Shown: positions 20,898-30,209 of the stretch, piece by piece
How positions within the stretch are numbered: position 1 is the first letter of the stretch
Layout of the letters: the number at the start of each line of letters is the position of its first letter
Virus record (IMG/VR): IMGVR_UViG_3300028423_000586
Coordinates: 4,943-68,942 of that record
Origin: a virus
Direction: 5' to 3' (one strand)
DNA length: 64,000 nt
Notes under the pieces: model-generated
The model's database searches: none
The model's input: only the letters and a program-made list of their open reading frames with translations
What the model was told of the DNA's origin: nothing
Position numbers and translations under genes: made by a program

Positions 20898-21275
20898 TTA
20901 CTCGTTAATGTAATCGTGTTCGTCATCAGCATCTTGCTGTACTAACTCTTCACGAATTTCATCAATGGCTCTACGGCTCTCATTAATACGGAGTTCTGCT
21001 TGATTACCCATACTAATAACAGCTTTGAAGTGATTACGTAAATAACCAATAGAGTCAATACCTTTCAGAATTTCATTCTGACGTGATTCTTCTTGGTTCT
21101 CTTGGTCTGCTTTAAGCATAACCAAACGAGTGGCTTCATCACGGAATAATCCGTTATCAATGATACGTTTGAAGTCTCGATTACGCATTAAACGTACAAG
21201 AGCTTCTTTATCTTTACGTTTAACTTCTTGCTCAGTAATAAATTCTTCAAGCAATTGGATTTCTGGTTGACTCAT
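20898..21275 (-). CDS. Conserved protein (N4 gp58-like)
   Basis: AL.RL..NRDFKRII motif; between portal and gp57. Confidence 0.75.
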   Translation of the reverse strand: MSQPEIQLLEEFITEQEVKRKDKEALVRLMRNRDFKRIIDNGLFRDEATRLVMLKADQENQEESRQNEILKGIDSIGYLRNHFKAVISMGNQAELRINESRRAIDEIREELVQQDADDEHDYINE

Positions 21276-23430
21276 TGTCTACTCCTGTGTCCTGCGGCGT
21301 TACCCGTTCAGTAGGTACGGTTGGTTGTTGGTTATTAAGGGCATTCTTAACTAGCTCTAACTTCATATTACCTTCAGCTTGTGACTGATGTAATTCCTTA
21401 GCTCGTTCTTGAGTAACCCCAGTTTCTTGCTCAACAAAATCAAGTATTCTCTGTCTAGTATCTGCATCAAGATTACTTGCTTTAGCTGATTTCAATATAG
21501 CTTCTGCCCTAGCTTCAACTGACTTACCTCGTTCATTTGCTATTTGTGCTTGTAACAACTCTAGTTCTAATTGCTGCTTATATTGAGCAATAGGGTCAGG
21601 TTGAGGAGCATAATTAGCAAGTTTCTTAGCTAAAGTTGGCATTTTGCGTAAAGTAGCTATGTCTTCTAAGATTAACTTAGTTACATCAAAAGGTACACTA
21701 TTTCCTAGAGTTTGTAGCATAAATTCCAAACGGTTAGCTTTATTTTCATCTTCTTCAGCAGTACTGATGGATAATTTTAAATCAAAGTTACCGTATAAAT
21801 CATCTCTACGTACTGGAACAAATGTAGTATCTGTTACTCGAATAATCTCTTCGTCTGATAAAAACTCAGCATTAAGAGCCATTACTTTACGAGCTACTTT
21901 AATTAAACCATTAGCCAAACGATTTAATATACTCAGGTCACGTTTAGATGTTGCATCTAATGCACCTTTAATACCTGCTGCTACATCCCCTAATGCTTGG
22001 CTACCAATACCTGAACCATATGATTTAACACCTGACATTGATTCAGCTTCATTGTTTTGTAGCTGTAACATATATTGGGCTGATTGAGGTACTTCAGGGG
22101 AGGTGAAATTAACTACACCCTGTCGGGCATCAACCATAGGGTTATATTCAAAATCATCACCTCGTTCATATTTACGGCGGTTAACAGCATCAAGCATGTC
22201 TTGGCGAATACCTTTCTGTCCATTGGCTGTTTTACCCAGAATATCAATCATACTACGCATAGTAGCACCATAGATTGCTTGGTTTTCTTCTAGTATTTCA
22301 GCATCAGGTTCACCGTAAATAGAATCTTTCGTAGGTGTATATACTGAGTTAACAAAAGGATGTTTTTTATCTGGGAATGGGTTACGTTCCATACGGACAA
22401 TAGTATTACCTACCCATGTAATTAATACCGGCTCTACAATACCCGTACCATCAATATCCCAATTACCCCAATACTCATAAGCAGTAATACGTTTTAAGGC
22501 ATCATCTGAGTAATTAAAATTGATACCTGCTTCTATCTGAGCATCTGTTAATGAGGCTGCTTCAGTAACACCTAAATCAATAGCTTCTAAGTTTTGGTAA
22601 TTACTGTCTTTACGTAGCTCACTTAATGAAGTGTCAAAAGCATAAACAATGAACTCAGCTTTATCTAAGTCACCCATAGCATTTGGGTCAACATAAAGCC
22701 TACGGTAATCTACAATATCAATAGTAGGTTGGTTCTTGACTACTGCTTCTTCTGTTTCAGTAATCACCTCTCCCGTATCTACAGCCATTACTGGCTTACC
22801 TAATTGAGCAGACATATCAAGAGAAATCTTCACATGCTCAGGAACCAAGGCTTTATATTTATCAGGGTCAGATTGTTGAAGAGCTACAGCTTGTTGTAAG
22901 ACAAACATATCTTCAGGTGTAGCATCTGGATACTCGTAGACAACAGTTTCTACTTCTTGTTGTCTGGTTTCATATTCCCATCCAACACGTAAAAATACTG
23001 TACCTTCACTAGCTGCTGTACGAACATAGGTATCAATAAAGGGTATTTTATCTATGACAGTATTGAACTGGTAGTTAAGTAGTAATTCATTCTGTTTAGC
23101 TGCCCATCTATCCTCTGCTGTTCTAGGACTAACATTGAATAGTTCCTCAGTACTTGTAAACGGTGCTGTAAGGGATGGTATACGCCATTCGAGTTGCTTA
23201 CGTATTAGTTTAGGCTGAACGTTAGAACGTCCTCTAATCTTTTTGCGTTTAGCTGTGCCTCTTACATAAAGAAGGTCTAACCAACGGTCTATATTTTCTA
23301 TGTGTTTACTCTGATGCTGAACCACATTAGCCATATCTTCTTTTAGCATGGCTAAGGTAGGTGGATTTTTCCATCCAGTGTCTATGGATTTAGTATCTGA
23401 GTTCTCTGTAATAGGGTCTTTAGTACTCAC
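21247..23430 (-). CDS. Portal protein (N4 gp59-like)
   Basis: GRSNVQPKLIRKQLEW, EYWGNWDIDG motifs; 727 aa. Confidence 0.93.
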   Translation of the reverse strand: MSTKDPITENSDTKSIDTGWKNPPTLAMLKEDMANVVQHQSKHIENIDRWLDLLYVRGTAKRKKIRGRSNVQPKLIRKQLEWRIPSLTAPFTSTEELFNVSPRTAEDRWAAKQNELLLNYQFNTVIDKIPFIDTYVRTAASEGTVFLRVGWEYETRQQEVETVVYEYPDATPEDMFVLQQAVALQQSDPDKYKALVPEHVKISLDMSAQLGKPVMAVDTGEVITETEEAVVKNQPTIDIVDYRRLYVDPNAMGDLDKAEFIVYAFDTSLSELRKDSNYQNLEAIDLGVTEAASLTDAQIEAGINFNYSDDALKRITAYEYWGNWDIDGTGIVEPVLITWVGNTIVRMERNPFPDKKHPFVNSVYTPTKDSIYGEPDAEILEENQAIYGATMRSMIDILGKTANGQKGIRQDMLDAVNRRKYERGDDFEYNPMVDARQGVVNFTSPEVPQSAQYMLQLQNNEAESMSGVKSYGSGIGSQALGDVAAGIKGALDATSKRDLSILNRLANGLIKVARKVMALNAEFLSDEEIIRVTDTTFVPVRRDDLYGNFDLKLSISTAEEDENKANRLEFMLQTLGNSVPFDVTKLILEDIATLRKMPTLAKKLANYAPQPDPIAQYKQQLELELLQAQIANERGKSVEARAEAILKSAKASNLDADTRQRILDFVEQETGVTQERAKELHQSQAEGNMKLELVKNALNNQQPTVPTERVTPQDTGVDNESTRNPIA

Positions 23431-23601
23431 GTTACATCCTCGTTAGTCTGTATATCGTCAATATATAGTATTTACCCAACAGTATAAACCAATCACTATA
23501 AAACTTAATCATAGCCTTATATTTAGTTTATTTATTTTGTGTTACCTCTATGTCAATATGTATACTAATACTAAATTATTACTAACTTTTAAGGTGCTAC
23601 T

Positions 23602-23991
23602 GTGAAGACTGAGGGCATAACAATAGAAAGGCTATCTATAGGATGGTTACAGATATTAGTTGGGGTATTTGCTTTAGGTGGTTTTGCATACACCACTACT
23701 CAAATGTACACAACTGTAAGTGAAGTCAAAACTAAACAAGATGAGCTTTATAAGACTTATGTTCCTATGATTACCAAGGTAAATAGTGAATCCAGTACAA
23801 CCAATAAAGCAATCATTGACCTGACTACCACTATCCAACAATTTAATACTAACCTGACTACTATCCTTGCTCTACGTAAAAAAGAAGAAGCAGACCAAGC
23901 AGAGTTAGTAAAAAAAGTCGATAAACTCACTGATGAGGTTACCGACATTAAAATTCGAATCAGTTCTCTTGATGGTAAAATAAAAGATTAG
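23602..23991 (+). CDS. Single-pass membrane protein with coiled coil, antisense to the late block
   Basis: SD AAGG, one TM helix, heptad-rich C-terminus; TATACT box at 23561. Confidence 0.65.
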   Translation: MKTEGITIERLSIGWLQILVGVFALGGFAYTTTQMYTTVSEVKTKQDELYKTYVPMITKVNSESSTTNKAIIDLTTTIQQFNTNLTTILALRKKEEADQAELVKKVDKLTDEVTDIKIRISSLDGKIKD

Positions 23992-24229
23992 TTTCTTGAT
24001 ACCATACTTGCCATCCATATACTTTCTGTAACCAAGAATTAGCACACTTCCAGTTTCTCTCGTCCTGTAGCAATATTTCTTTACTCGTTGTTACAGGACT
24101 TGTATCTAACTCACATGATTCACTTAGTAAGTTCTGGTCTGGTATTGGCAGATTCGAGTATACGTTGTTTGAGACGCAACCACTCATCATCAAGAGTGAT
24201 ATCAGCATTAGAACTTTGTACATAATCAT
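23960..24229 (-). CDS. Outer-membrane spanin (Rz1-like lipoprotein)
   Basis: Lipobox LMMSG-C; overlaps the i-spanin 3' end. Confidence 0.75.
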   Translation of the reverse strand: MIMYKVLMLISLLMMSGCVSNNVYSNLPIPDQNLLSESCELDTSPVTTSKEILLQDERNWKCANSWLQKVYGWQVWYQETNLLFYHQEN

Positions 24230-24473
24230 CTACATCCTTCTCTATCTGAGTATTAGTTTGATTAGTCTTAGCTTGAGCTAAAAGCAGTTCTTTGTTTACC
24301 TTACTTAACCTAGCTTCATACTTAAGCCTTTCTTCAGCTTGTTTTTCTACTAGCTCAAGTCTCTTGAGTTCCGCTTTCTCTTCAGCCTCTGAATAACCAT
24401 AGAGATAGGAACCATAGAGGATGCCTAATATAGTCCCTAGCATGGCTCCATACTTAAGAAGAATTGCTTGCAT
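24120..24473 (-). CDS. Inner-membrane spanin (Rz-like)
   Basis: N-terminal TM helix then coiled coil, inside the lysis cassette. Confidence 0.75.
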   Translation of the reverse strand: MQAILLKYGAMLGTILGILYGSYLYGYSEAEEKAELKRLELVEKQAEERLKYEARLSKVNKELLLAQAKTNQTNTQIEKDVDDYVQSSNADITLDDEWLRLKQRILESANTRPELTK

Positions 24474-24651
24474 TATTTACAATCCCCTTTTGATACATAT
24501 TTACCCCAATGTAAGAAGTGAAAGTAAGTGTAGTTACAGTCACATACTCACCCCCTGTTAGTGTTTGAGTAAAGAGAGCTATGGTGTTAATTAACTGTAT
24601 ACAACAAACAAGTATAAACTTCCTACTTCTTACTTTCTCTTCAAACGTCAT
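24454..24651 (-). CDS. Putative holin
   Basis: 65 aa, SRKF followed by two hydrophobic segments, adjacent to endolysin. Confidence 0.7.
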   Translation of the reverse strand: MTFEEKVRSRKFILVCCIQLINTIALFTQTLTGGEYVTVTTLTFTSYIGVNMYQKGIVNNASNSS

Positions 24652-24655
24652 AAAC

Positions 24656-25207
24656 CTACCCCTTAAAGTATTTATCCACTGCTACAGCATAAGCTTCAGC
24701 TAAGAACTTCATACGTGTTAGAGCTTTGTTCAAGGATGCAAGGTTATCAATAAAGAAAGGTTCAGCAATAACAACAGGCATTGAAGTCTTTTCTACTAAC
24801 CAACCACCTCTATCACCTTGGTTACCTGTATGGTCATAGTCAATAGGTTTGATACCCCTGTCAGACTCCGACATTACTTTAACAATCTCGGTCTGTAATA
24901 CTTTGGCTAACTTAGCTCCTTTTGAGCTTGAATGATGATAGAGCACTTCTGCTCCTGAAGCCTTACCATTAAAAGCATTGCAATGTAATGAAATAGCAAT
25001 GTCAGGTGCTATCTTATTTACCTTGTTAGGTAAGCCCGAATAAGTATCACGGTATATGATAACTGGGTCATATCCTTTACTAATAAGACACTCAGCAATA
25101 ATAGAAGCTAATTTATTATTGAAGTCAAATTCGTACATACTTTTTGCTTTGTTACCTGCTCCTTTAGATGTGGGTTTGTGACCAACAATTAAGCCTACTT
25201 TTTTCAT
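24656..25207 (-). CDS. Endolysin, N-acetylmuramoyl-L-alanine amidase (Amidase_3)
   Basis: VGH, E.DFN, ISLHCNA, IAEPFFIDN Zn-amidase motifs. Confidence 0.92.
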   Translation of the reverse strand: MKKVGLIVGHKPTSKGAGNKAKSMYEFDFNNKLASIIAECLISKGYDPVIIYRDTYSGLPNKVNKIAPDIAISLHCNAFNGKASGAEVLYHHSSSKGAKLAKVLQTEIVKVMSESDRGIKPIDYDHTGNQGDRGGWLVEKTSMPVVIAEPFFIDNLASLNKALTRMKFLAEAYAVAVDKYFKG

Positions 25208-25301
25208 AATTTATCCTATAAAGGAGAACCTCATAATAGCAGTACACATTACTGTTATTATAGAGTTCTCCAAGTTAGATGTAAGATGAAGATTTATGAG
25301 G

Positions 25302-26690
25302 TTATACAGCTACCCAAGATGTCCCATCCCATTTTACCGGATAATCTTGAGTAATATCCCACGCTATAGCCCTATCATTACCTCCCAGTGTTGGGAGGTC
25401 AAGGGTAGTGTATTTTTTAAGTTTTAACACCCCGTTTGCATAAACACCGGCACCATCATCAGAAGACGGTCTTAAGTTCAAGTCACCTGCACCGGCGTCT
25501 ATATTGGAGCTAGTTGGTCCGGTTAATATTCTTACTGTACCGTCATTTGCTGTATTTAGGTCTAGAATCAACCCATCTGTACCAAAAGCACCACTACTAA
25601 ACAACCTAAACTGAGGTTGCCCGTTAGGAGCTCGACGTATATACATTAAATCATTACCGTTAGATGACCATTTTTGCACTAGTTCCATAGCTCTATAACA
25701 TGAAGTTATAAAGGCAAATCCATCATTATCACTAGGGTCTAAATCAGATAAGAACTTAGCAACTTGACGCCGCTTATAGACAAACTCAACTTCAGGTGAT
25801 ATGAAAAACCTCTCTGAGCCTGCACCTACAAAACCTTCAGTACCTAGTGATAAAAACTTACCCTGACCTACATAGTCTGATGCTTTATCAGGACGTCTTC
25901 CGGGATTTTGTGCGTTCTTTAGATACAGCATTGTGCCATCACCAACGTTATCCCACTGGTGCATGATACCGTCTGTGTAATGGTGGTGTATCCATCCTGT
26001 AGGAGCCGATGAACCTTGCTCCTGTCCAGCGAAGTTTGCAATATCCTCTATGGCATCGGTGAAGTCTGGGTTATTTACCAACTTTCTACTTCCATATTGT
26101 AACAATGGCGAGTCAACTATTTCGGAAAGTTCATTCCTCAATGATTCTATTGTTGTTTTTTCGTAAGCCTCACCACCTCGATAAGACAAAGGCTTAAAGT
26201 CGGTTATAGAAAACCCAGAACCAGATACATGCTTAAATGTAGTATCAAGAACAATACAAACATCATCAATTTCAGACCTGACAGGTATTCCGGCTAGCAT
26301 ATTTGCAATACTATCAAATCTAAGAGTAAATGAAGATTTATCAGGAATATCTTGTTTATCTATAAATACTACCCAAACATTAGATTCGTTAAGTATATAA
26401 GTACCTACACCATCAGAACCAAATGAGCCACCAAACCAATTGTCAGTTCCGTTGTAGTTTAATATTGTACCTTTCTGTACTTCCCATACGTCTCCATTAT
26501 CATCAACACATGTGTTATTACCTGTATCAGTAAATGACTGATTAGGTGTACCTACGTTACCTGTTCGAACCAAAGTTAAGGCACCGCCATCACCTACTTG
26601 GTTAATACCCTCAACTTCTATGATTGCATACTTACTGCTGACTTTACCGTGAAGTATAAAGTCAGATACAGTAGTCCATTGTTTTTTCAT
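25302..26690 (-). CDS. Secondary tail fibre / receptor-binding protein
   Basis: GDGGA head-binding-type motif, beta-rich body, C-terminal KWDGTSWVAV; next to the main fibre. Confidence 0.7.
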   Translation of the reverse strand: MKKQWTTVSDFILHGKVSSKYAIIEVEGINQVGDGGALTLVRTGNVGTPNQSFTDTGNNTCVDDNGDVWEVQKGTILNYNGTDNWFGGSFGSDGVGTYILNESNVWVVFIDKQDIPDKSSFTLRFDSIANMLAGIPVRSEIDDVCIVLDTTFKHVSGSGFSITDFKPLSYRGGEAYEKTTIESLRNELSEIVDSPLLQYGSRKLVNNPDFTDAIEDIANFAGQEQGSSAPTGWIHHHYTDGIMHQWDNVGDGTMLYLKNAQNPGRRPDKASDYVGQGKFLSLGTEGFVGAGSERFFISPEVEFVYKRRQVAKFLSDLDPSDNDGFAFITSCYRAMELVQKWSSNGNDLMYIRRAPNGQPQFRLFSSGAFGTDGLILDLNTANDGTVRILTGPTSSNIDAGAGDLNLRPSSDDGAGVYANGVLKLKKYTTLDLPTLGGNDRAIAWDITQDYPVKWDGTSWVAV

Positions 26691-26759
26691 AATAGCCTCT
26701 TATAAAAAGTACTTTTACTCAGTATAAATAATATAAGACCTAAAGGCGAGGAATGCAGA

Positions 26760-26780
26760 AAAGCCCCATAAAGGGGCTTT
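26760..26780. terminator. Terminator between the two RBP genes (possibly bidirectional)
   Basis: AAAGCCCC-ATAAA-GGGGCTTT. Confidence 0.75.
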
Positions 26781-26799
26781 GTACTGGTGTTCTTAAAAA

Positions 26800-29448
26800 T
26801 CACCTAACAGTGTAATTAAACTGAACAAAGTATTCATTTCCTGTATTTGCGTCATTAGCAAACACCCTTACTATGGCGCTACTGCCCGTATTGTTTTTCC
26901 ACGAAACCTCTTCAAAAGAACCTGCGCCAAACAAATTAGATATAGTCTGCCAAGTTGCTCCATCCCAATATTGCACCTCCAATCCTGCACTGTCTGGGGT
27001 GCTACTTCCGACCGGAAATGTTGCTCTGAATCCTTTGTTTATTGTGAAAGTTTCACCAGCCAAAACATTTCTTTTTACAATCTCATTATCTGTTGGGCCT
27101 GTACCTTTAATGCACACCGGATATGATTGAGATACCTCATCAACATCATGCCAACTAAATATAGATGCATTTATACGCTCACTAACGCCAGTGACAGTAG
27201 AGCTGGAAGATACGCCATTGTTACCGAATCTCATCCCGCGCTTAAGGTTAGGGTCGAATTCAATATCGCCTTGGAACTCGTTACCTTCAACAATCCCCGG
27301 CATTATTACTGACGTAAAACCAGCTAAATTATTCTCTATCTTAAAGTCTAAAGGTGAGCCTAAAAATTTGTTGCCAGTTATGTGTTTATATGAATCAGTG
27401 TTAGCGTTTGCTCCTCTGTTTCTAATCCAAAGAGATGATGGGTAGTCACCACCAATAACATCACCGTTCTTTTCTAGAGTGCAACTAGTAAGTTTTAATG
27501 GGTTCGTGTGCCCCACAGCAATACCACCGTAACCATTCTCTGAAATGCTTGAACCAAACACACCCAGATCAAAAGTCTGGCTTACAATATCCATAGCTTG
27601 CCTATTACCAATAAAGTCTGTGCCAAATATTCTAGCCTGACCGCCCGCTTCAAACTGATAGGTGCTGGTTAATCCTAAATTACAGTCTGTGACGTTACCA
27701 CCAATCCATTTAAGTAGGTAGCATCTGCCGTAAAACGGATAAGCCACATCAAAGTTATCAACGTTAACATTGATGAACTGCATACTCCTAATATGGTAAT
27801 CACCACCGTTAACTTGGTTTATGTGGAATAAGTCACCAGCTCTGTCGCCAAAACCCCTTAGTTTTAAATCCTCTAATGTAAAGCCAAGTGTGGCAAACTG
27901 ACCAGCGAAATAATCCCCTGAAACAGCGCCATCTATAGGGTTAAATATAAATATTGGCGTTCCAGATTGATTTACTGTTACGAAGTTATCGTTAGTTATA
28001 TCTTTTATTGGGTTGCCTGAGCCGTAACCTTTTATGTGTATGGGCTTTTCAATTATCAACGAGTCCGATAGAACCTCGTTATAAAGCGTGACACTGCCAC
28101 CCTTCGGACAGGCATTTATAGCCGCTTGATTACTATCGAAATCCTCAGCTCTTATGTCTGAATAACTCCTCTGTCTGTTAAAGTACGGTGCTTTTTCCCC
28201 AATTTGTGAATGAAGGGTTAGGTCATCATTCCCAATTGTTACAGAGTAAGGTTTAGTGGACGTATTGAGGTTAGAAACTAGACCTGTCGGATTTTTGAAA
28301 GCTACTTCATCTTTAAAGCAAAAGGAAATCGTAGGTTTACCACCAACCAAAACGCGAAGGTGTGTAGTTCCCGCTGGTACTACATCACCATTCTGAACAT
28401 ACTCACCATTCGAGCCCTTAAATATTGAACCATCAACGATGTCGTTTTGAGATTCAGTAATACCCTCACTCAACTCTTCTTTAGTAGCTTTCTTACCTAA
28501 TGCTTGCTCAACAGTATCGCCTGACGTAGTACTGATAGCACTAGCAGGGTGTGCATTAGCAGAACCTCGGTTAGCTTGCTTAGTATGGTCACCATAAAGC
28601 TGTTCAGCTTCTTGTTTTTTGATATAAGTATCACTGTTCTGTCCTATATCTTCAAAAACAATAGTAAGCTTAGAACCAACTGGGTAAGTATCTAACAGCA
28701 CAATCTGATTACTAGAATTGGTTGTATAATCATACACAACGTCTAGCTTATGACGTTCACCACTAGCAGCATCCCATAAGTAAACCACAAAGTTAGTAAG
28801 CTCTGACTGAGCATCTACTATAACCTGACCATCTGTTAGGTACGTAGTCTCTTCATAAGTGTATAACTGAGCAGTAGCTGTGTATGCACGTAAATTAGGG
28901 TCATCACTAGGGTGTGAATAAGTAGTAGAATTTACGGTGTAAGGTAAAGCAACACTCTCTTCTACCTTCCACAAAGTAATACCTGCTGTACCACGTCCAT
29001 AAACCACATAATCTGTGATGACGTTAAACGTAGGGTCATCAGTGTAATCACCAATATCTGTACCTGAAGTATAAGACTTAGCTTTATCTGCTGCTTCTAC
29101 AGCCTCATCCTTAGCCTGTACTGCTGTATTAGCTGAATCTAAAGCTGTTTGAGCTGCTGCCTTAAGTTCTTCAGGGTCAACTTTAGTCCACGATTGGTCA
29201 GAAGCCTCATAGTAGTAGACTGCTTTATTATCGTAGTAAAAGTCACCAGACTCTAAAGGGTCACCATTAGGTCTCTTTGTAGGTGGTGTGTCACTTTCAC
29301 CTAAGTAAGTATTTAGGTAAGTCACTTGGTCTGCTACAGCTTTGATAGTATCTAGGTTTTGTGCAACCAATAAAATTGTATCGTAAGCTGTGTTTATGTA
29401 TTTATTTATAGCAATCGGTATAGCATTGCCTAAAGGCTTTCTACTCAT
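26800..29448 (-). CDS. Tail fibre / tailspike with probable beta-helix (pectin-lyase-like) domain
   Basis: N4-like anchor (INKYINTAYD), DSNQAAINACPKGGSV...IHIKGYG beta-helix entry, Asn/Gly-rich repeats. Confidence 0.8.
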   Translation of the reverse strand: MSRKPLGNAIPIAINKYINTAYDTILLVAQNLDTIKAVADQVTYLNTYLGESDTPPTKRPNGDPLESGDFYYDNKAVYYYEASDQSWTKVDPEELKAAAQTALDSANTAVQAKDEAVEAADKAKSYTSGTDIGDYTDDPTFNVITDYVVYGRGTAGITLWKVEESVALPYTVNSTTYSHPSDDPNLRAYTATAQLYTYEETTYLTDGQVIVDAQSELTNFVVYLWDAASGERHKLDVVYDYTTNSSNQIVLLDTYPVGSKLTIVFEDIGQNSDTYIKKQEAEQLYGDHTKQANRGSANAHPASAISTTSGDTVEQALGKKATKEELSEGITESQNDIVDGSIFKGSNGEYVQNGDVVPAGTTHLRVLVGGKPTISFCFKDEVAFKNPTGLVSNLNTSTKPYSVTIGNDDLTLHSQIGEKAPYFNRQRSYSDIRAEDFDSNQAAINACPKGGSVTLYNEVLSDSLIIEKPIHIKGYGSGNPIKDITNDNFVTVNQSGTPIFIFNPIDGAVSGDYFAGQFATLGFTLEDLKLRGFGDRAGDLFHINQVNGGDYHIRSMQFINVNVDNFDVAYPFYGRCYLLKWIGGNVTDCNLGLTSTYQFEAGGQARIFGTDFIGNRQAMDIVSQTFDLGVFGSSISENGYGGIAVGHTNPLKLTSCTLEKNGDVIGGDYPSSLWIRNRGANANTDSYKHITGNKFLGSPLDFKIENNLAGFTSVIMPGIVEGNEFQGDIEFDPNLKRGMRFGNNGVSSSSTVTGVSERINASIFSWHDVDEVSQSYPVCIKGTGPTDNEIVKRNVLAGETFTINKGFRATFPVGSSTPDSAGLEVQYWDGATWQTISNLFGAGSFEEVSWKNNTGSSAIVRVFANDANTGNEYFVQFNYTVR

Positions 29449-29449
29449 C

Positions 29450-30178
29450 TTATGCCCATCCGTTAGTGTCTAATAAATCTGTTAACCCTGCACCGCCATT
29501 ATTAACCATGTTTCTGCGTTCTACTTCTTGACAACGTTGGTTAAACTGTTGGTAGTAAACTAAAGAGTCTGCTCTGGCTTCTTGGTTATGCCTTGCCTTA
29601 TGAACACGATAAGCTATGTAGTAGAGTAAAGCCTCGTACAAGTAAGGAGGAATTAATATATTAACTGCATTGGCATCCATTCCATCAATGTAGGTTATTA
29701 CTGGATGTCTTGCTCTGTATATTAAGGTTAATGCAATTTCTTCTTCAGCAAAAGGTACTTGGATACTTTTATAGTCAGGGGTGAATATACTGTAATCTCT
29801 AGAAGGTTCATTAATATACAACTCTTCCCCAATTTCTGAATGACAGCTTTCTACCCTTAAGACATCATCAGTAAAAGGGTAATACTCAGAATCAATTATA
29901 TATTTAATAGGTTCAAGAGAAGCTGTATTGGCTACTGCGAAATTACTATCCAGATGATAGTGAGTCAGCTCAGGGTATAGCTGTACTACTACTTCTTTTT
30001 CTAGTAGTGGGAATTTAGTATAGAGTTCTACTAAACCTAAATTAAGGTGGCTTACAATTGTTTTCTTAGCTTGTAAGCCTAACCCTGTTTCTTCGGAGTC
30101 TTCCCCATTAAGATTTACTTGGCTTAGTTCGCCCATCAATAAATCATCAAAAACTCTCTGTAGTGTATATGTATTCAT
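29450..30178 (-). CDS. Head-tail adaptor (N4 gp67-like)
   Basis: GELSQ, NLGLVELYTKFPL, EALLYYIAYR motifs; follows terminase. Confidence 0.8.
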   Translation of the reverse strand: MNTYTLQRVFDDLLMGELSQVNLNGEDSEETGLGLQAKKTIVSHLNLGLVELYTKFPLLEKEVVVQLYPELTHYHLDSNFAVANTASLEPIKYIIDSEYYPFTDDVLRVESCHSEIGEELYINEPSRDYSIFTPDYKSIQVPFAEEEIALTLIYRARHPVITYIDGMDANAVNILIPPYLYEALLYYIAYRVHKARHNQEARADSLVYYQQFNQRCQEVERRNMVNNGGAGLTDLLDTNGWA

Positions 30179-30209
30179 TGTAAGCTCCTATGAATGCTTA
30201 CATTAAATT

